Shown piece after piece: positions 19,329 to 30,730 of a stretch of DNA of 64,000 bases; position 1 is the first letter of the stretch; the number at the start of each line of letters is the position of its first letter. The DNA is from an uncultured cyanobacterium (GTDB taxonomy: Bacteria > Cyanobacteriota > Cyanobacteriia > Phormidesmidales > Phormidesmidaceae). The notes under the pieces were generated by a model that was given only the letters and a program-made list of their open reading frames with translations, was not told where the DNA came from and did no database searches. The stretch lies in NCBI GenBank assembly GCA_963793265.1, contig CAWBZI010000001.1:448001-512000 (forward strand), in the 5' to 3' direction. The translations under genes were made by a program, and so were the position numbers.

Positions 19329-20090
19329 ATGAGTAATAGCAAAAAAACATCAAATCAAGGGACTTCTGAAAATTCTCTGTTTAATCGTCTCATTGTTCCT
19401 GTCTTACTAACATTAGTAGCCGGAGGAACCGCACCTTGGTGGATTGGTTTAGTTCGAAGTGACAATGATAGAGCCAAGCTTATAGAACCATCAAAGACGC
19501 AAAACGCTCCCGAGGAAGAATTTGGTGATACTGAAGCTATCGAGAAAGTGCAGGATGATACCCGTACGAACATTCAGGGGTCGGAAAACGACGTAAAGAA
19601 TACTCCTACAAAGGGTGAGGGGTCAGGAAATGTCATAAATGATTCCTCAGTGAGGCTTCAGGGCGAAGGAGATCAGGCCGTTATTCAAGGATCAGGAAAC
19701 AACACTATTCAAGGCTCGGACAATCAACTAACTATTCAACAAGATTCTGAAGCAAGATCTAGAGGTGAATTAGAGATCCCCTCTATTTATGGACTGGGCT
19801 ATCACGAGGCACGGGAAAAACTAACTGATTCAGGATGGATTCCTCAGACTCAACGTCATACATATGGCGCAACTGAGCCAGGTCTTCGATATGGAAACGG
19901 ACAAGTTTTCTGGGATATGGGATACTGGGAAGTTGTTTCTTGTAGTGGAATAGCAGAAGGTTTTTGTAGATTTGAGTTTGAAGACCCTGCTGGTCGTCGA
20001 TTAGTGATTATCACGGCAGGTATGGAGGATAGAAGTAGATCTATAGAGGCCCAGATTAATAGAGTCTTCTTTGCAGAAGACTCCTTATGA
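19329..20090 (+). CDS. Hypothetical membrane-anchored protein
   Basis: N-terminal TM, N/G/S-rich 'IQGSGNN' repeats and a Cys-pair C-terminal domain; AT-rich. Confidence 0.7.
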   Translation: MSNSKKTSNQGTSENSLFNRLIVPVLLTLVAGGTAPWWIGLVRSDNDRAKLIEPSKTQNAPEEEFGDTEAIEKVQDDTRTNIQGSENDVKNTPTKGEGSGNVINDSSVRLQGEGDQAVIQGSGNNTIQGSDNQLTIQQDSEARSRGELEIPSIYGLGYHEAREKLTDSGWIPQTQRHTYGATEPGLRYGNGQVFWDMGYWEVVSCSGIAEGFCRFEFEDPAGRRLVIITAGMEDRSRSIEAQINRVFFAEDSL

Positions 20091-20435
20091 TTTAGATTTC
20101 TCGAAGAGAGAAGTTTGATTTGTAATTCCAAATTTCGGAAAAAGGCAAGCTACTAGATTACAAAGCCTACAGATAAGCGTTTCATCCATTTAGCATTGCC
20201 AACCTTGCCACGCATCAGCACTGATAATTGAAAAGCAGAACTTGCTCACTCTAAGAAATTTGAGAACTTCACCGTTAAGCCATATTGTCACATCAGAAAG
20301 TTCTTCTTCAATCGGCTGAGTATGAGTAGTTCGCCGTTGATGCGCTTAGACTACTGAGTGGACACTGACTTCGCATACCCGTACCGAGAAGGAGCAACGT
20401 GGGTCGCCCACTACAATATTGTCAAACAGCCATCT

Positions 20436-20852
20436 CTATGAGGCGCTTAATAGCAACGCTTGGTAGCCCGCTTGTACAAAATGATTGTCAGCGGTAGCAG
20501 CTTCGATGATATTTTGCTCTCGCATTGCCACGAAGGAGATACAGTCTATTAACCCCCAAGTTTTATCAGCGCGATCACCATACAGCCGCAAAGCTCTATC
20601 CATAAGTTCTGTCTCGAACTTTACAACGTGAATGTTTGGCGTTTCATAGCATAGCCGAATAAATTCAACCGCTCCTTGCCGATTCACTGCACTTAATCCA
20701 TTGCCAACTTCAATCAATACGGCTTCTGTTACCCACGCTTCCGCTTTTTCGATTTCGGGCAACAAAGCTATTGCCCTTACGTGATACTGATCTCGGGAGT
20801 TGTAGATAGCTTGGATGAATACCGTATCAAGAAATATGCGGCGCTGGCTCAT
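20436..20852 (-). CDS. vapC: PIN-domain (VapC) toxin
   Basis: 'IFLDT', 'TEAVLIE', 'WGLIDCISF', 'TADNHFVQAG'. Confidence 0.9.
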   Translation of the reverse strand: MSQRRIFLDTVFIQAIYNSRDQYHVRAIALLPEIEKAEAWVTEAVLIEVGNGLSAVNRQGAVEFIRLCYETPNIHVVKFETELMDRALRLYGDRADKTWGLIDCISFVAMREQNIIEAATADNHFVQAGYQALLLSAS

Positions 20853-20855
20853 AGC

Positions 20856-21137
20856 TTATGCCTGCTGTTTGGGCGTGCCATAGAGATAATGGTCGTGCTC
20901 TTTTGCCCAGTCTTCCGGCATTTCTACTGAACCGGCCTGCTCACGCAAAACCGTCCATGCATTCTTTTTATCTGTCAGCGCCTGAGTGAGTTCTGCGTCA
21001 GATTTCTCTGTTTGTCCCGATGTGGCCTCCTCAACCACTAGAACTGCCTTATGTGTTCCCGGTGGCAAGTCTGAAGCTAGTTCTATAACGAGTGTGCCTT
21101 CTTGATTGACCTTTGCGGTAGTTTCGATAGTCTTCAT
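20856..21137 (-). CDS. Putative antitoxin for the PIN toxin
   Basis: Small gene 3 bp upstream of the PIN gene; C-terminal 'GSVEMPEDWAKEHDHYLYGTPK' motif typical of cyanobacterial PIN-associated antitoxins. Confidence 0.75.
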   Translation of the reverse strand: MKTIETTAKVNQEGTLVIELASDLPPGTHKAVLVVEEATSGQTEKSDAELTQALTDKKNAWTVLREQAGSVEMPEDWAKEHDHYLYGTPKQQA

Positions 21138-21169
21138 GGCTTGGTCTGAGATAGGTTGGGCTAGTGCTT

Positions 21170-21438
21170 CTATATCCGTTTCAGCAACTCATCATAATCA
21201 GCATGAGTTCAATCCAAAACCAGTAGATGTGATTATCCTCTAATAGACCGACTGCTCTGTAATTAAGGTTGATACGAACTGAATAGCATGGCTGGCGACT
21301 GCTTACCTTCTTAAATTAAAGACTAGGAGGGTACGGATTATCCCTCCATAGAGCATATGATCTATTAGCTTGCTCGCGTACTGCGTTTGGCAACTGGTCA
21401 AGCCGTTTTCGGAAGTCTTGGTTGGTACTTGACTTCAT
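21170..21438 (-). pseudogene. RelE/ParE-like toxin pseudogene
   Basis: Manual translation MKSSTNQDFRKRLDQLPNAVREQANRSYALWRDNPYPPSL*FKKV...YSVRINLNYRAVGLL...YWFWI, then a frameshift to THADYDELLKRI*. In-frame TAA at 21316-21318; ATGA overlap with the upstream gene. Confidence 0.8.
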
Positions 21439-21665
21439 TGAGTCGTTGGAAAGACTTCATCAAGCGGGGAGGTGTTGCCCGCCGCTATGTCTTGCCGTAC
21501 GCGAGCTGCGAGGCTGTCCCATTGAGCATCTGTAGTCGCCTCGAAACGGGTTTGCCAAGCCTGCTCGTCTTTTAGTTCGGCTATAAGTCGAGAGGCGATC
21601 ACATCCTGCTCCTCATCCGATAGCTTTTTGACCTCTGCGATGGCTTGTTGAAGAAGTTCAGTCAT
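21435..21665 (-). CDS. Putative antitoxin (partner of the RelE/ParE pseudogene)
   Basis: 'MTELLQQAIAEVKKLSDEEQDVIASRLIAEL.DEQAW...F'; its stop overlaps the toxin start. Confidence 0.75.
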   Translation of the reverse strand: MTELLQQAIAEVKKLSDEEQDVIASRLIAELKDEQAWQTRFEATTDAQWDSLAARVRQDIAAGNTSPLDEVFPTTQ

Positions 21666-21745
21666 AGGTTTTAAGTAGCTGACAAACTCGTATGAGAAGT
21701 AGCTATCATTGTACTCTCTCTTCAAAGATTGCTGTTGTCCTCATC

Positions 21746-23369
<1,624 letters not shown>

Positions 23370-23492
23370 AGAAGCTTAACAGGGCTCACTAAAACTGCGT
23401 TTACTATAGCGCTGGGTTGCAGCACAAAAAACTTTTACAAGAACCTAAACGCTTGGGTTATAGTTCAGAAAAAATAAGGTGGGGAGGTCTTC

Positions 23493-23915
23493 ATGGCGAA
23501 CGTTAGCATCACAGAGGCCCAAATTGAAGCAGCGAGAAAAGCGGGTCAAGCGTCTTTAGAAAGTGACTTTCATGCTGAATCAGCCTGGTATGAGCCAGCG
23601 AAGGATCTAGTTTGGATTAAGACAACGGCAGGAACTTATCATGGTGTTCCGGCAGCTCATCTACAAGGGCTATCAGGGGCTACACCAGAACAGTTGAGTG
23701 ATATTGAAGTAAGCCCGCAAGGAGTGGGACTACATTGGCCTCAGTTGAATGCAGATTTGACGGTACAGGGTATCGTCTTTGGGGTTTATGGCTCTCAAGC
23801 TTGGATGGCGGCGTTAGGAAGAAAAGGGGGAAGCCGAAAAAGCGCGAAGAAGGCGGCAGCGGCTAAGGCAAATGGGAAGAAGGGCGGCAGGCCGCGTAAG
23901 GAAGCGGCGCTATAG
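23493..23915 (+). CDS. DUF2442-like protein
   Basis: 'LQGLSGATPEQLSDIEVSPQGVGLHWPQLNADL' and a basic tail 'KAAAAKANGKKGGRPRK'. Confidence 0.8.
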   Translation: MANVSITEAQIEAARKAGQASLESDFHAESAWYEPAKDLVWIKTTAGTYHGVPAAHLQGLSGATPEQLSDIEVSPQGVGLHWPQLNADLTVQGIVFGVYGSQAWMAALGRKGGSRKSAKKAAAAKANGKKGGRPRKEAAL

Positions 23916-24905
23916 ACCGCTACGGACAATATCGTGAAGGCGAACAATGCCAAGGCAGTTATGGCTAGTATCTACCACAGGAAGGACTGAGATTTGTGAG
24001 GGGCGATCTTCCATGGTTTGTAGGGCGTCGTAGGCGAGGCAGCTGGCGGTGACGGTGACCGGGTTTGCGGTCATGAGGTCTTGGCCGATGAGCGTGTTCC
24101 AGTCGGACTGGTTTGTTTTTTCAAACATGCGGCGCAGGTCGCCATCGGTGATGATGCCGATAAGTTTGCCATCAGGGCTAGTGACGGTGACTGCGCCTAA
24201 GCCGCCCTGGCTGATAGCGGAGATGATTTCAATTAGCGGGGCTTGAGGCTGTACGGTCGGGGCGCAGGGATGCATTAAGTCGGAGACTTTGAGGGTAAGG
24301 CGTTTGCCTAAGCGGCCTGAAGGATGGTTGAAGGCAAAGTCTTCGGGGGTGAGGCCCTTGCGCTGCATGAGGGTCATGGCGATCGCATCCCCAATCGCCA
24401 AAGCCACCGTAGTACTCGCTGTCGGCGCTAAGTTTAGCGGGCATACCTCTTTATCGACGGTGGCTTTGAGGACAACGTGCGATCGCGCAGCTAGCGGTGA
24501 GTCTTCATTGCCGACAATTGAAATCAACGGAATTTTACGGTGCTCTAGATAAGGGAGCAGGCCGACGATTTCTTCGGTGTAGCCGCTGTTGCTCAGTGCG
24601 ATCGCCACGTCTGCTGAACCCACGAGCCCTAGATCACCGTGTAGCGCATCGCTAGGATGCAGGTAAATTGCCATCGTGCCTGTGCTAGTAAGGGTCGCTG
24701 CAATTTTGCGACCGACAATGCCAGATTTGCCCATGCCCAAAATAATCACCTTACCAGCGCAGCCTGTTAAGAGCGCCACAGCCTTTGCTACCTGCTCAGG
24801 CCGTAGGGCCGCTGCGGCCTGATGGATAGCATCGGCTTCTGCATGTAGTAGCGCCACGACCTGTTGATAGTCTGTAGGCGGCTTGAGATCTAAAGATTGA
24901 GGCAT
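23910..24905 (-). CDS. kdsD: Arabinose-5-phosphate isomerase (KpsF/GutQ family, SIS plus 2 CBS domains)
   Basis: 'GMGKSGIVGRKIAATLTSTG', 'HGDLG', 'LAPTASTT', 'HPSGRLG', 'GIITDGDLRR'. Confidence 0.93.
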   Translation of the reverse strand: MPQSLDLKPPTDYQQVVALLHAEADAIHQAAAALRPEQVAKAVALLTGCAGKVIILGMGKSGIVGRKIAATLTSTGTMAIYLHPSDALHGDLGLVGSADVAIALSNSGYTEEIVGLLPYLEHRKIPLISIVGNEDSPLAARSHVVLKATVDKEVCPLNLAPTASTTVALAIGDAIAMTLMQRKGLTPEDFAFNHPSGRLGKRLTLKVSDLMHPCAPTVQPQAPLIEIISAISQGGLGAVTVTSPDGKLIGIITDGDLRRMFEKTNQSDWNTLIGQDLMTANPVTVTASCLAYDALQTMEDRPSQISVLPVVDTSHNCLGIVRLHDIVRSGL

Positions 24906-24924
24906 GGGAGAAACTAAACCGACT

Positions 24925-25704
24925 CTAGTGCTTCACGATAAACGTTTTGGTGTGATTGCGACCTTCTCGGCCATAGCGGAGATGAAAAAGCTGCTCGGGC
25001 CTGCCTTTCATAAATTTGTCAATCGCTTCTTTGGCCATGGGGTAGTGGTAGGAGTTGTAGTCATCAAAAAAGATGATGCCGCCTTTTTCCATGCGCGGGT
25101 AAAAGAACTCCAGGCACTCGATATGGCCGTCATAAAGGTCGCAGTCGAGGTTGACAAAGAAGTACGGCCCTTCTGGCATGGTCGAAAGGGTGTCTTCAAA
25201 AAAGCCGGGAACCAGGGTGACGTATTTACTTAGGCCGCGTTCTTTGAGCGCTGAGCGCACCTGCTCTATTGAGGTGTCGTCAAAAATAGTGCCGTGATCG
25301 CGAAATTTCTCGATCACCAGCTCAGAGGCGTACTGCTCATCAATATCGGTGAGATCGGGCAGACCTTCAAAGGAGTCGAGGCCGTAGATGTGGGCGTTGA
25401 GGCCGTATTGACGAATGATTTCGGCGCTGGCAACGAGGCAGGAGCCCACGTATACGCCACATTCGGCGGCGATGTGCGATCGCCCATTCACCAGCAAATC
25501 ACCCAGCCGCCGCAGGCTTTTTTTCAGCGGATCACCGCGACCAGACTTACGAGCGTAGTGCTCTAAAAGCGCCGTGCGAAAGGTGTGCAAAACAGGAATA
25601 CGTTCGGCGTATTCTACTTTGTAGGGCAGATCGTAGGGGAGCGGCGTCCGCGAATTGACTTTGAGCTTTTTGGGCTTCGGCTCTGATTTTCTAGCCTCTG
25701 ACAT
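24925..25704 (-). CDS. TylF/MycF family O-methyltransferase
   Basis: 'AECGVYVG', 'GLDSFEGLP', 'GFFEDTL', 'LDCDLY', 'GGIIFFDDY'. Confidence 0.85.
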   Translation of the reverse strand: MSEARKSEPKPKKLKVNSRTPLPYDLPYKVEYAERIPVLHTFRTALLEHYARKSGRGDPLKKSLRRLGDLLVNGRSHIAAECGVYVGSCLVASAEIIRQYGLNAHIYGLDSFEGLPDLTDIDEQYASELVIEKFRDHGTIFDDTSIEQVRSALKERGLSKYVTLVPGFFEDTLSTMPEGPYFFVNLDCDLYDGHIECLEFFYPRMEKGGIIFFDDYNSYHYPMAKEAIDKFMKGRPEQLFHLRYGREGRNHTKTFIVKH

Positions 25705-25736
25705 ATCAGCTTTATTCGATAGTTTTAGTGGGCTCA

Positions 25737-27071
25737 CTATTCCCGCGCTGCCTCCTGCAAGTACACTTCTGGTTCGGTCGAGCTGCTTTGTAGCTGCCAT
25801 TCTCGGGGCTGATAGAACTGACACTGGTTCATGTTTTTGTTCTTCTTCACCTCAAAGCGGAACGATTCCACCATGTCGAATACATAGAAGGGCCTGCGAC
25901 TTACGGTTATTTTCATCACGTATAGGTTGGGGCTGAGGCCGCAGTGGGGTAGATGCAGACGGATTTGGTGCGCTCCAGCGCTTAGCGGTAAAGGCTTTTT
26001 GTCACGTTCGCTGCTGAGATTCAGCACGCAGTCGTTGCCAGAATTAAGTTCGCGAATCATTACACTGACGATGGCGTTCTCAATAGGTTCGCTGACGGCG
26101 CAGTGAATACAAATGCTGGCGGCTTTGCCGCTTGCTAAGGCTTCTATAGGTTCGTCTTTTGCATCTGCAAAGGTGACTTTTTCAATGGCAAGCTGAGGTT
26201 CGGCTTGCCCTTCGGCTTTACTACCTGCTTTGCTATTCGCAGCAGTGATGCCTTTATTGGCGTCGGCTTTGTAGGCGAGCAGGGCGTCTTCATAGCGGCT
26301 GATGACATGCTCAGCGTCGGCTTGCAATACGACTTTGCCACGTTCTAAAAAGACGGCAGTGTTGCAGAGATTGAGAACGGCGTTGGCATTGTGTGACACC
26401 AGAAAAAACGAGGTGCCCTGCTCACGCATGAGGGCCAGGCGGCGGTAGCACTTAGCGCGAAACATGGCGTCGCCAACGGCAAGGACTTCATCAAGCAAAA
26501 GAATATCAGGCTCGGTAAAGATAGCGCAGGCAAAACCAAGGCGCGCGCGCATTCCAGAGCTGTAGGTGCGTACAGGTGCTTCGATGGCCTCCCACACTTC
26601 GGCAAAGTCAACGACATCTTTGAAGCGATCGCGAATATCCCCCCGCGACATGCCCAAAATAGCCATGTTGATAAACACATTCTCACGTCCGCTTAACAAG
26701 GGGTTAAATCCGGCTCCGAGCGCGATCAGCGCTGCAATTCGCCCCCGGACAACAATGCGTCCGGTGTCGGGCTTCATCAGACCGCTAATCATGCGTAGCA
26801 GCGTAGACTTGCCGCTGCCATTAACGCCGACTAGGCCGATAGACTGGCCGCGTTTCACTTCCAGGCTGACATCTTTGACGGCCCAAAATTCCTGATCGCG
26901 GAGGCGATCACTCTGCCGTTCTTTTCCAACCACCTCTGCGAAAATATCTCTTAGCCCATATACATACGAGCGCTTGAGGTTGCGGCAGAACTTTTTAGAC
27001 ACCGATTGGACTGACAAAATAGAGTCAGCCGGTGCAATTAGGCTAGATTCAGGGGTGACAATAGCGCTCAT
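25737..27071 (-). CDS. wzt: Polysaccharide ABC exporter ATPase with C-terminal Wzt_C domain
   Basis: 'GVNGSGKST', 'YSSGMRARLGF', 'LLDEVLAVGD' and a C-terminal beta domain. Confidence 0.92.
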   Translation of the reverse strand: MSAIVTPESSLIAPADSILSVQSVSKKFCRNLKRSYVYGLRDIFAEVVGKERQSDRLRDQEFWAVKDVSLEVKRGQSIGLVGVNGSGKSTLLRMISGLMKPDTGRIVVRGRIAALIALGAGFNPLLSGRENVFINMAILGMSRGDIRDRFKDVVDFAEVWEAIEAPVRTYSSGMRARLGFACAIFTEPDILLLDEVLAVGDAMFRAKCYRRLALMREQGTSFFLVSHNANAVLNLCNTAVFLERGKVVLQADAEHVISRYEDALLAYKADANKGITAANSKAGSKAEGQAEPQLAIEKVTFADAKDEPIEALASGKAASICIHCAVSEPIENAIVSVMIRELNSGNDCVLNLSSERDKKPLPLSAGAHQIRLHLPHCGLSPNLYVMKITVSRRPFYVFDMVESFRFEVKKNKNMNQCQFYQPREWQLQSSSTEPEVYLQEAARE

Positions 27072-27074
27072 GGC

Positions 27075-27929
27075 TTAGCTGATTCTCTCCACCAAAAAAG
27101 GGATAGACAGGCGGAAGACGAGCCAGCCGAAGAACAGAGAGGCGATCGCAAGCAGGCTCACCGCTAAAAAAGAAATCGGCTCAGACACGTTACCTGTGGT
27201 CATCAGCTCACGAGCCGTCACCAGCAGCGGTGTTACAGGGTTGAGCCTGACTAACACTGCGAAGACAGCATTATCAGGCACGGGGTAAATCACGGGCGTG
27301 AGAAAAAACCACACCAGCACAATCACTTCCATTGCCCGCGAAATATCTTGGACAAGGTGGTTGATGGGCACCAGAAATAGGCCAATGCCTGTGCCTAACA
27401 AAATTAGGCTGATAAAGGCAAAGGGTGCGAGCAGTATTTTCCAGCTCACCGTGACGCTGAAGACAATAAACAAAATCACCAGCAGCGCAAGCTTAAGCAC
27501 GAGGTTGAAAAGCACCTGGCCGAGCTGAGATAGGATGATCGCCTCATGTGGAAACTTAACCCGTGAGAGCACGGTTCGCGAGGCTTTAATGGCTTTTTCA
27601 GGGCCGTTGAAAGCTTCTAAAAAGGTCTGCCAAAGAATCGTGCCCAGCATGACAAAGGCGGGATAGGGAATGTCCGTTTTGCCGACGTTGATGACTCCGG
27701 CGTTGCTGGCAAACGCCAGGCCCGCAGCGGTGATAGCTGCCGGTACGATGGCCCATAGGGTGCCTAAAAATGAGCTGCGGTATTGAGACTGAATATCGCG
27801 GACAAACAGCCGCCAGGCTAACGATCTCGAAAGCAGCAGGTCTTGAGACATTTCACGGAGCAAAAGTCTGGGCGAACGAATGCGGCTAGCCGGGGTATAG
27901 ACGGTTTCGTGAGCAGACGGTGGGGCCAT
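27075..27929 (-). CDS. wzm: Polysaccharide ABC exporter permease
   Basis: 'RDIQSQYRSSFLGTLWAI', 'FLTPVIYP', 'LNPVTPLL'. Confidence 0.92.
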   Translation of the reverse strand: MAPPSAHETVYTPASRIRSPRLLLREMSQDLLLSRSLAWRLFVRDIQSQYRSSFLGTLWAIVPAAITAAGLAFASNAGVINVGKTDIPYPAFVMLGTILWQTFLEAFNGPEKAIKASRTVLSRVKFPHEAIILSQLGQVLFNLVLKLALLVILFIVFSVTVSWKILLAPFAFISLILLGTGIGLFLVPINHLVQDISRAMEVIVLVWFFLTPVIYPVPDNAVFAVLVRLNPVTPLLVTARELMTTGNVSEPISFLAVSLLAIASLFFGWLVFRLSIPFLVERIS

Positions 27930-28044
27930 GTAGCACAGGCTTAAGGAAAGCTCAATAATTTTACTGGACAGTGGATGTTTGGGCTAATTCAGCCGTGCCG
28001 CAAAGCCCGGTTCGGCAATCTGACACAAGGCGAGTTGCGGGTTC

Positions 28045-29283
28045 TTATTTTTTGAGGTCGGCGGTGATTGTGTCGATGATTTTTTGGACGGCGTTGCCGG
28101 GGACTAGCTGAGTTTGTGAAAACTTTTGGGTGAGGGCGATGAGGCGATCGCGCCCACTCGCTGCGTGGCCAGATACCTGGCTACCCGACTGATCGTCTAT
28201 AGCGTCAGCTACTTGATGGCATACCTGATGGCATACCTGATGGCATACCTGATGGCAGAGCGATCGCCAGTCCTTGCCGCTCCGCAACAGCGGCAACGGC
28301 TCAAAGTTCGGCAAGTCCATTTCATAGGCAACAACGGCCACCGGACATTCTGCTCGCACCGCATCAATCGCCACGGTAGAAGGCGTCGTGATCACCACAT
28401 CCGCCACCTCAATTAGGGCCGGGGCGGTAAAAGCTTCCCATTTGGGATCTTTAGGGTCGGCCACGATCAGGTTATCAGCAGCAGGCACGTTGCCCTGATA
28501 GCGCTGCGTCAGCCAAAGCCCCGTATGGTGAGGCTTTACTAAGAATGTAATATCAGGACACTGCAAAGCCGTTTGCTCTAGATCTTGCAAAAAGCGCTGC
28601 CGGTATTCGTCGTTATATCGCCCCCAGTGCAGGTTTTCAAAGATGACAGCCAAACAACGTTCTCCTGCTTTTATGCCCGGAACTTTTACCGCCAGTCCCG
28701 GCGCATCAATAAACTTAGGACAGCCCACCGCCACACACTTTTGCCGCGTTTCATCCGGCGTCTCATCCGGCAGCTTTTCTACCTTGCCCCAGGTAAAAAA
28801 GGTCTGCGAGGCAAACATAATTTTGCCCACCGGATATTCTTCATCAAAGTAGGTCACCCCTACGTTTTCGTAGCCATGCTGCATGGTGTAGGTGGCAATG
28901 CCCTTCTGATTGGCCCGTTTAACTAGGGTATGCGGCCCCTTGTGCGCGTTAGCGGTGCTTTCTGAAGCGGTGACGACTGCTTTGATGCCATCCAGCCTTG
29001 GCTGTAGCCCTGCAACAACTGCTTTATGGCTGAGCACAACGGGCTCAATACCGTTTGCTGCTAGCAACCTGTCGATGCGCGGCGACTGCTTCCACACTTT
29101 GTCAGAAACAGCAACAACTAACGGGATGTCTTCGCGCTGCTGAAGCTGGGTCGCGAGCGGTAGCAGCATGTCTAAGTCTTGCTGCAGGTTAATAAAGAGT
29201 AAAATCTTTGGCTGAGGGCCCCACTGATAGCGCCACGAGCGGCCTAGTCTTTGCACACCGCGCGCAAGTCGTTTTTGAATCAT
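28045..29283 (-). CDS. Putative GT-B glycosyltransferase using a cytidine nucleotide-activated donor
   Basis: 'MQHGYE', 'VGCPK', 'FLVKPHH' and 'TTPSTVAIDA' motifs; lies inside the polysaccharide locus. Confidence 0.55.
   Translation of the reverse strand: MIQKRLARGVQRLGRSWRYQWGPQPKILLFINLQQDLDMLLPLATQLQQREDIPLVVAVSDKVWKQSPRIDRLLAANGIEPVVLSHKAVVAGLQPRLDGIKAVVTASESTANAHKGPHTLVKRANQKGIATYTMQHGYENVGVTYFDEEYPVGKIMFASQTFFTWGKVEKLPDETPDETRQKCVAVGCPKFIDAPGLAVKVPGIKAGERCLAVIFENLHWGRYNDEYRQRFLQDLEQTALQCPDITFLVKPHHTGLWLTQRYQGNVPAADNLIVADPKDPKWEAFTAPALIEVADVVITTPSTVAIDAVRAECPVAVVAYEMDLPNFEPLPLLRSGKDWRSLCHQVCHQVCHQVCHQVADAIDDQSGSQVSGHAASGRDRLIALTQKFSQTQLVPGNAVQKIIDTITADLKK
28214..28257. repeat. 12-bp tandem repeat (TGATGGCATACC x 3.7) encoding (CHQV)4
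   Basis: Read directly from the sequence; the protein reads LCHQVCHQVCHQVCHQVAD. Confidence 0.95.
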
Positions 29284-30704
29284 GCCATTTCCTTAATGTT
29301 GTCTAGCAGGCTTAACCATTGTTCAGAGATAACCTCACCGCTCAAGTTTTGCGCAATAACCTGCTGAGCCTGAGCGACATGCGCTTTAGCTAAGTCAGGA
29401 TTTTGTAGATAAGCCCGTAGCCCGCCCGCCCAATCATCTAGCCATATGCACTCTGAAAATATCTCTAGCGCTGGCGTGTGGCTGGCGATTACGGGCGTAC
29501 CTTGAGAGAGCGCTAGTACGGCCCGATTAGCTGACTTGCAAATGCTATAGACCGATTGGGAATTAGGAACGATCACCACGTCGCTAGCTCGCAAGTAGTC
29601 GTAAATTTTGCGGGGGTGCCAGGGTAGATAGTCGGTGGCAAAAGGCAGGGGCGCAATGTGATGTTCGTACTTTTGACGGCTGTTGCTAACCACCATCAAG
29701 CGTAAAGGCTGCTCTTGGCTGAGGGTTTCTAGTGCTGTCGCGACATCTAGAATATTCAACATGCCAAAGTTGCCGTACTTTGCACCGTGATTGCCAAACC
29801 ACAGCACCGTCTTGACGTTCAAAGCCGAGGGCCAGGGGTGAGGATAGAAAGGCGTGGGCTGGGCGATCGATTTTGGTTTAGGGATGCAGGCTCGCTGAGG
29901 TTGGGAAACGGACTGGGGTGCGGCGAGATGAGGAGTGCTTAAAGGTTGCGCGATCGCGACCTGTTGAGATATCTGCTGAGGCGGCTTTTGCCGTATCAAA
30001 CCGTAGCTTCTTAGCTGAGTGCCCACGGTTCTTTTTAGCTCGCATACCCAGCACTTTATCTGCCGCTTGCGCTGCTTATAGGCTCGTTTAGATGACTTCA
30101 AGATGTGTTGCTTCGTGAGCTTAAGCGCGATAGAACGCTGCTTTTGAGCCAATCTCAGCGCTCGGGCTACGACCCTTTTAACAATCCGCCGCTGAACTAA
30201 GCTAACGACTCGCTTCCACCGTAGCGCCCGAAAAGCGTATTTGATATCGCTAAGGGACTCGTTGCCATCGGGGATAACGACCACGGTAACGTCAGGATTA
30301 GGGGCGATAGCTGGATGAGTCTCGGCTAGCGATCGCTCCACTTGGGCCTTCATCGCTGCGCCTGTTGTGACAATAGCTGCTGCCCTTCGCGCCATCAGCC
30401 GAAAGTTTTTAGCCGGGTCGTAGTGGCTATCTACGCCGTATCCTTCGATAAAGATGTTGTCGCACAGATCCAGAATAATCGGCACGCCTAGCTGATAAGC
30501 TTGCTCGCAGGTTTGCACGTCCTCAGCGCGGAAGCTTTTGACAAAGATAATGGCCTGAGTGTTCTCGGTGAGCTGAACGGGGTCGGCCCCGCCGCAAATA
30601 ACTGAGGAGATGCCTTTGCCGCTGAGATAGCGCAGTGGGAACAGGCAGCGATAGCGCAGGCTAGCAACGTTTACATCCAGCGTTTGTGTTTTCCAAACCA
30701 GCAT
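29280..30704 (-). CDS. Putative glycosyltransferase with a long basic / PQ-rich insertion
   Basis: 'ASLRYRC', 'ILDLCDN', 'LWFGNHG', 'KSANRAVLALSQGTPVIAS'. Confidence 0.7.
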   Translation of the reverse strand: MLVWKTQTLDVNVASLRYRCLFPLRYLSGKGISSVICGGADPVQLTENTQAIIFVKSFRAEDVQTCEQAYQLGVPIILDLCDNIFIEGYGVDSHYDPAKNFRLMARRAAAIVTTGAAMKAQVERSLAETHPAIAPNPDVTVVVIPDGNESLSDIKYAFRALRWKRVVSLVQRRIVKRVVARALRLAQKQRSIALKLTKQHILKSSKRAYKQRKRQIKCWVCELKRTVGTQLRSYGLIRQKPPQQISQQVAIAQPLSTPHLAAPQSVSQPQRACIPKPKSIAQPTPFYPHPWPSALNVKTVLWFGNHGAKYGNFGMLNILDVATALETLSQEQPLRLMVVSNSRQKYEHHIAPLPFATDYLPWHPRKIYDYLRASDVVIVPNSQSVYSICKSANRAVLALSQGTPVIASHTPALEIFSECIWLDDWAGGLRAYLQNPDLAKAHVAQAQQVIAQNLSGEVISEQWLSLLDNIKEMA

Positions 30705-30730
30705 GAGCGCACGTATCACCTGAAAAAACA

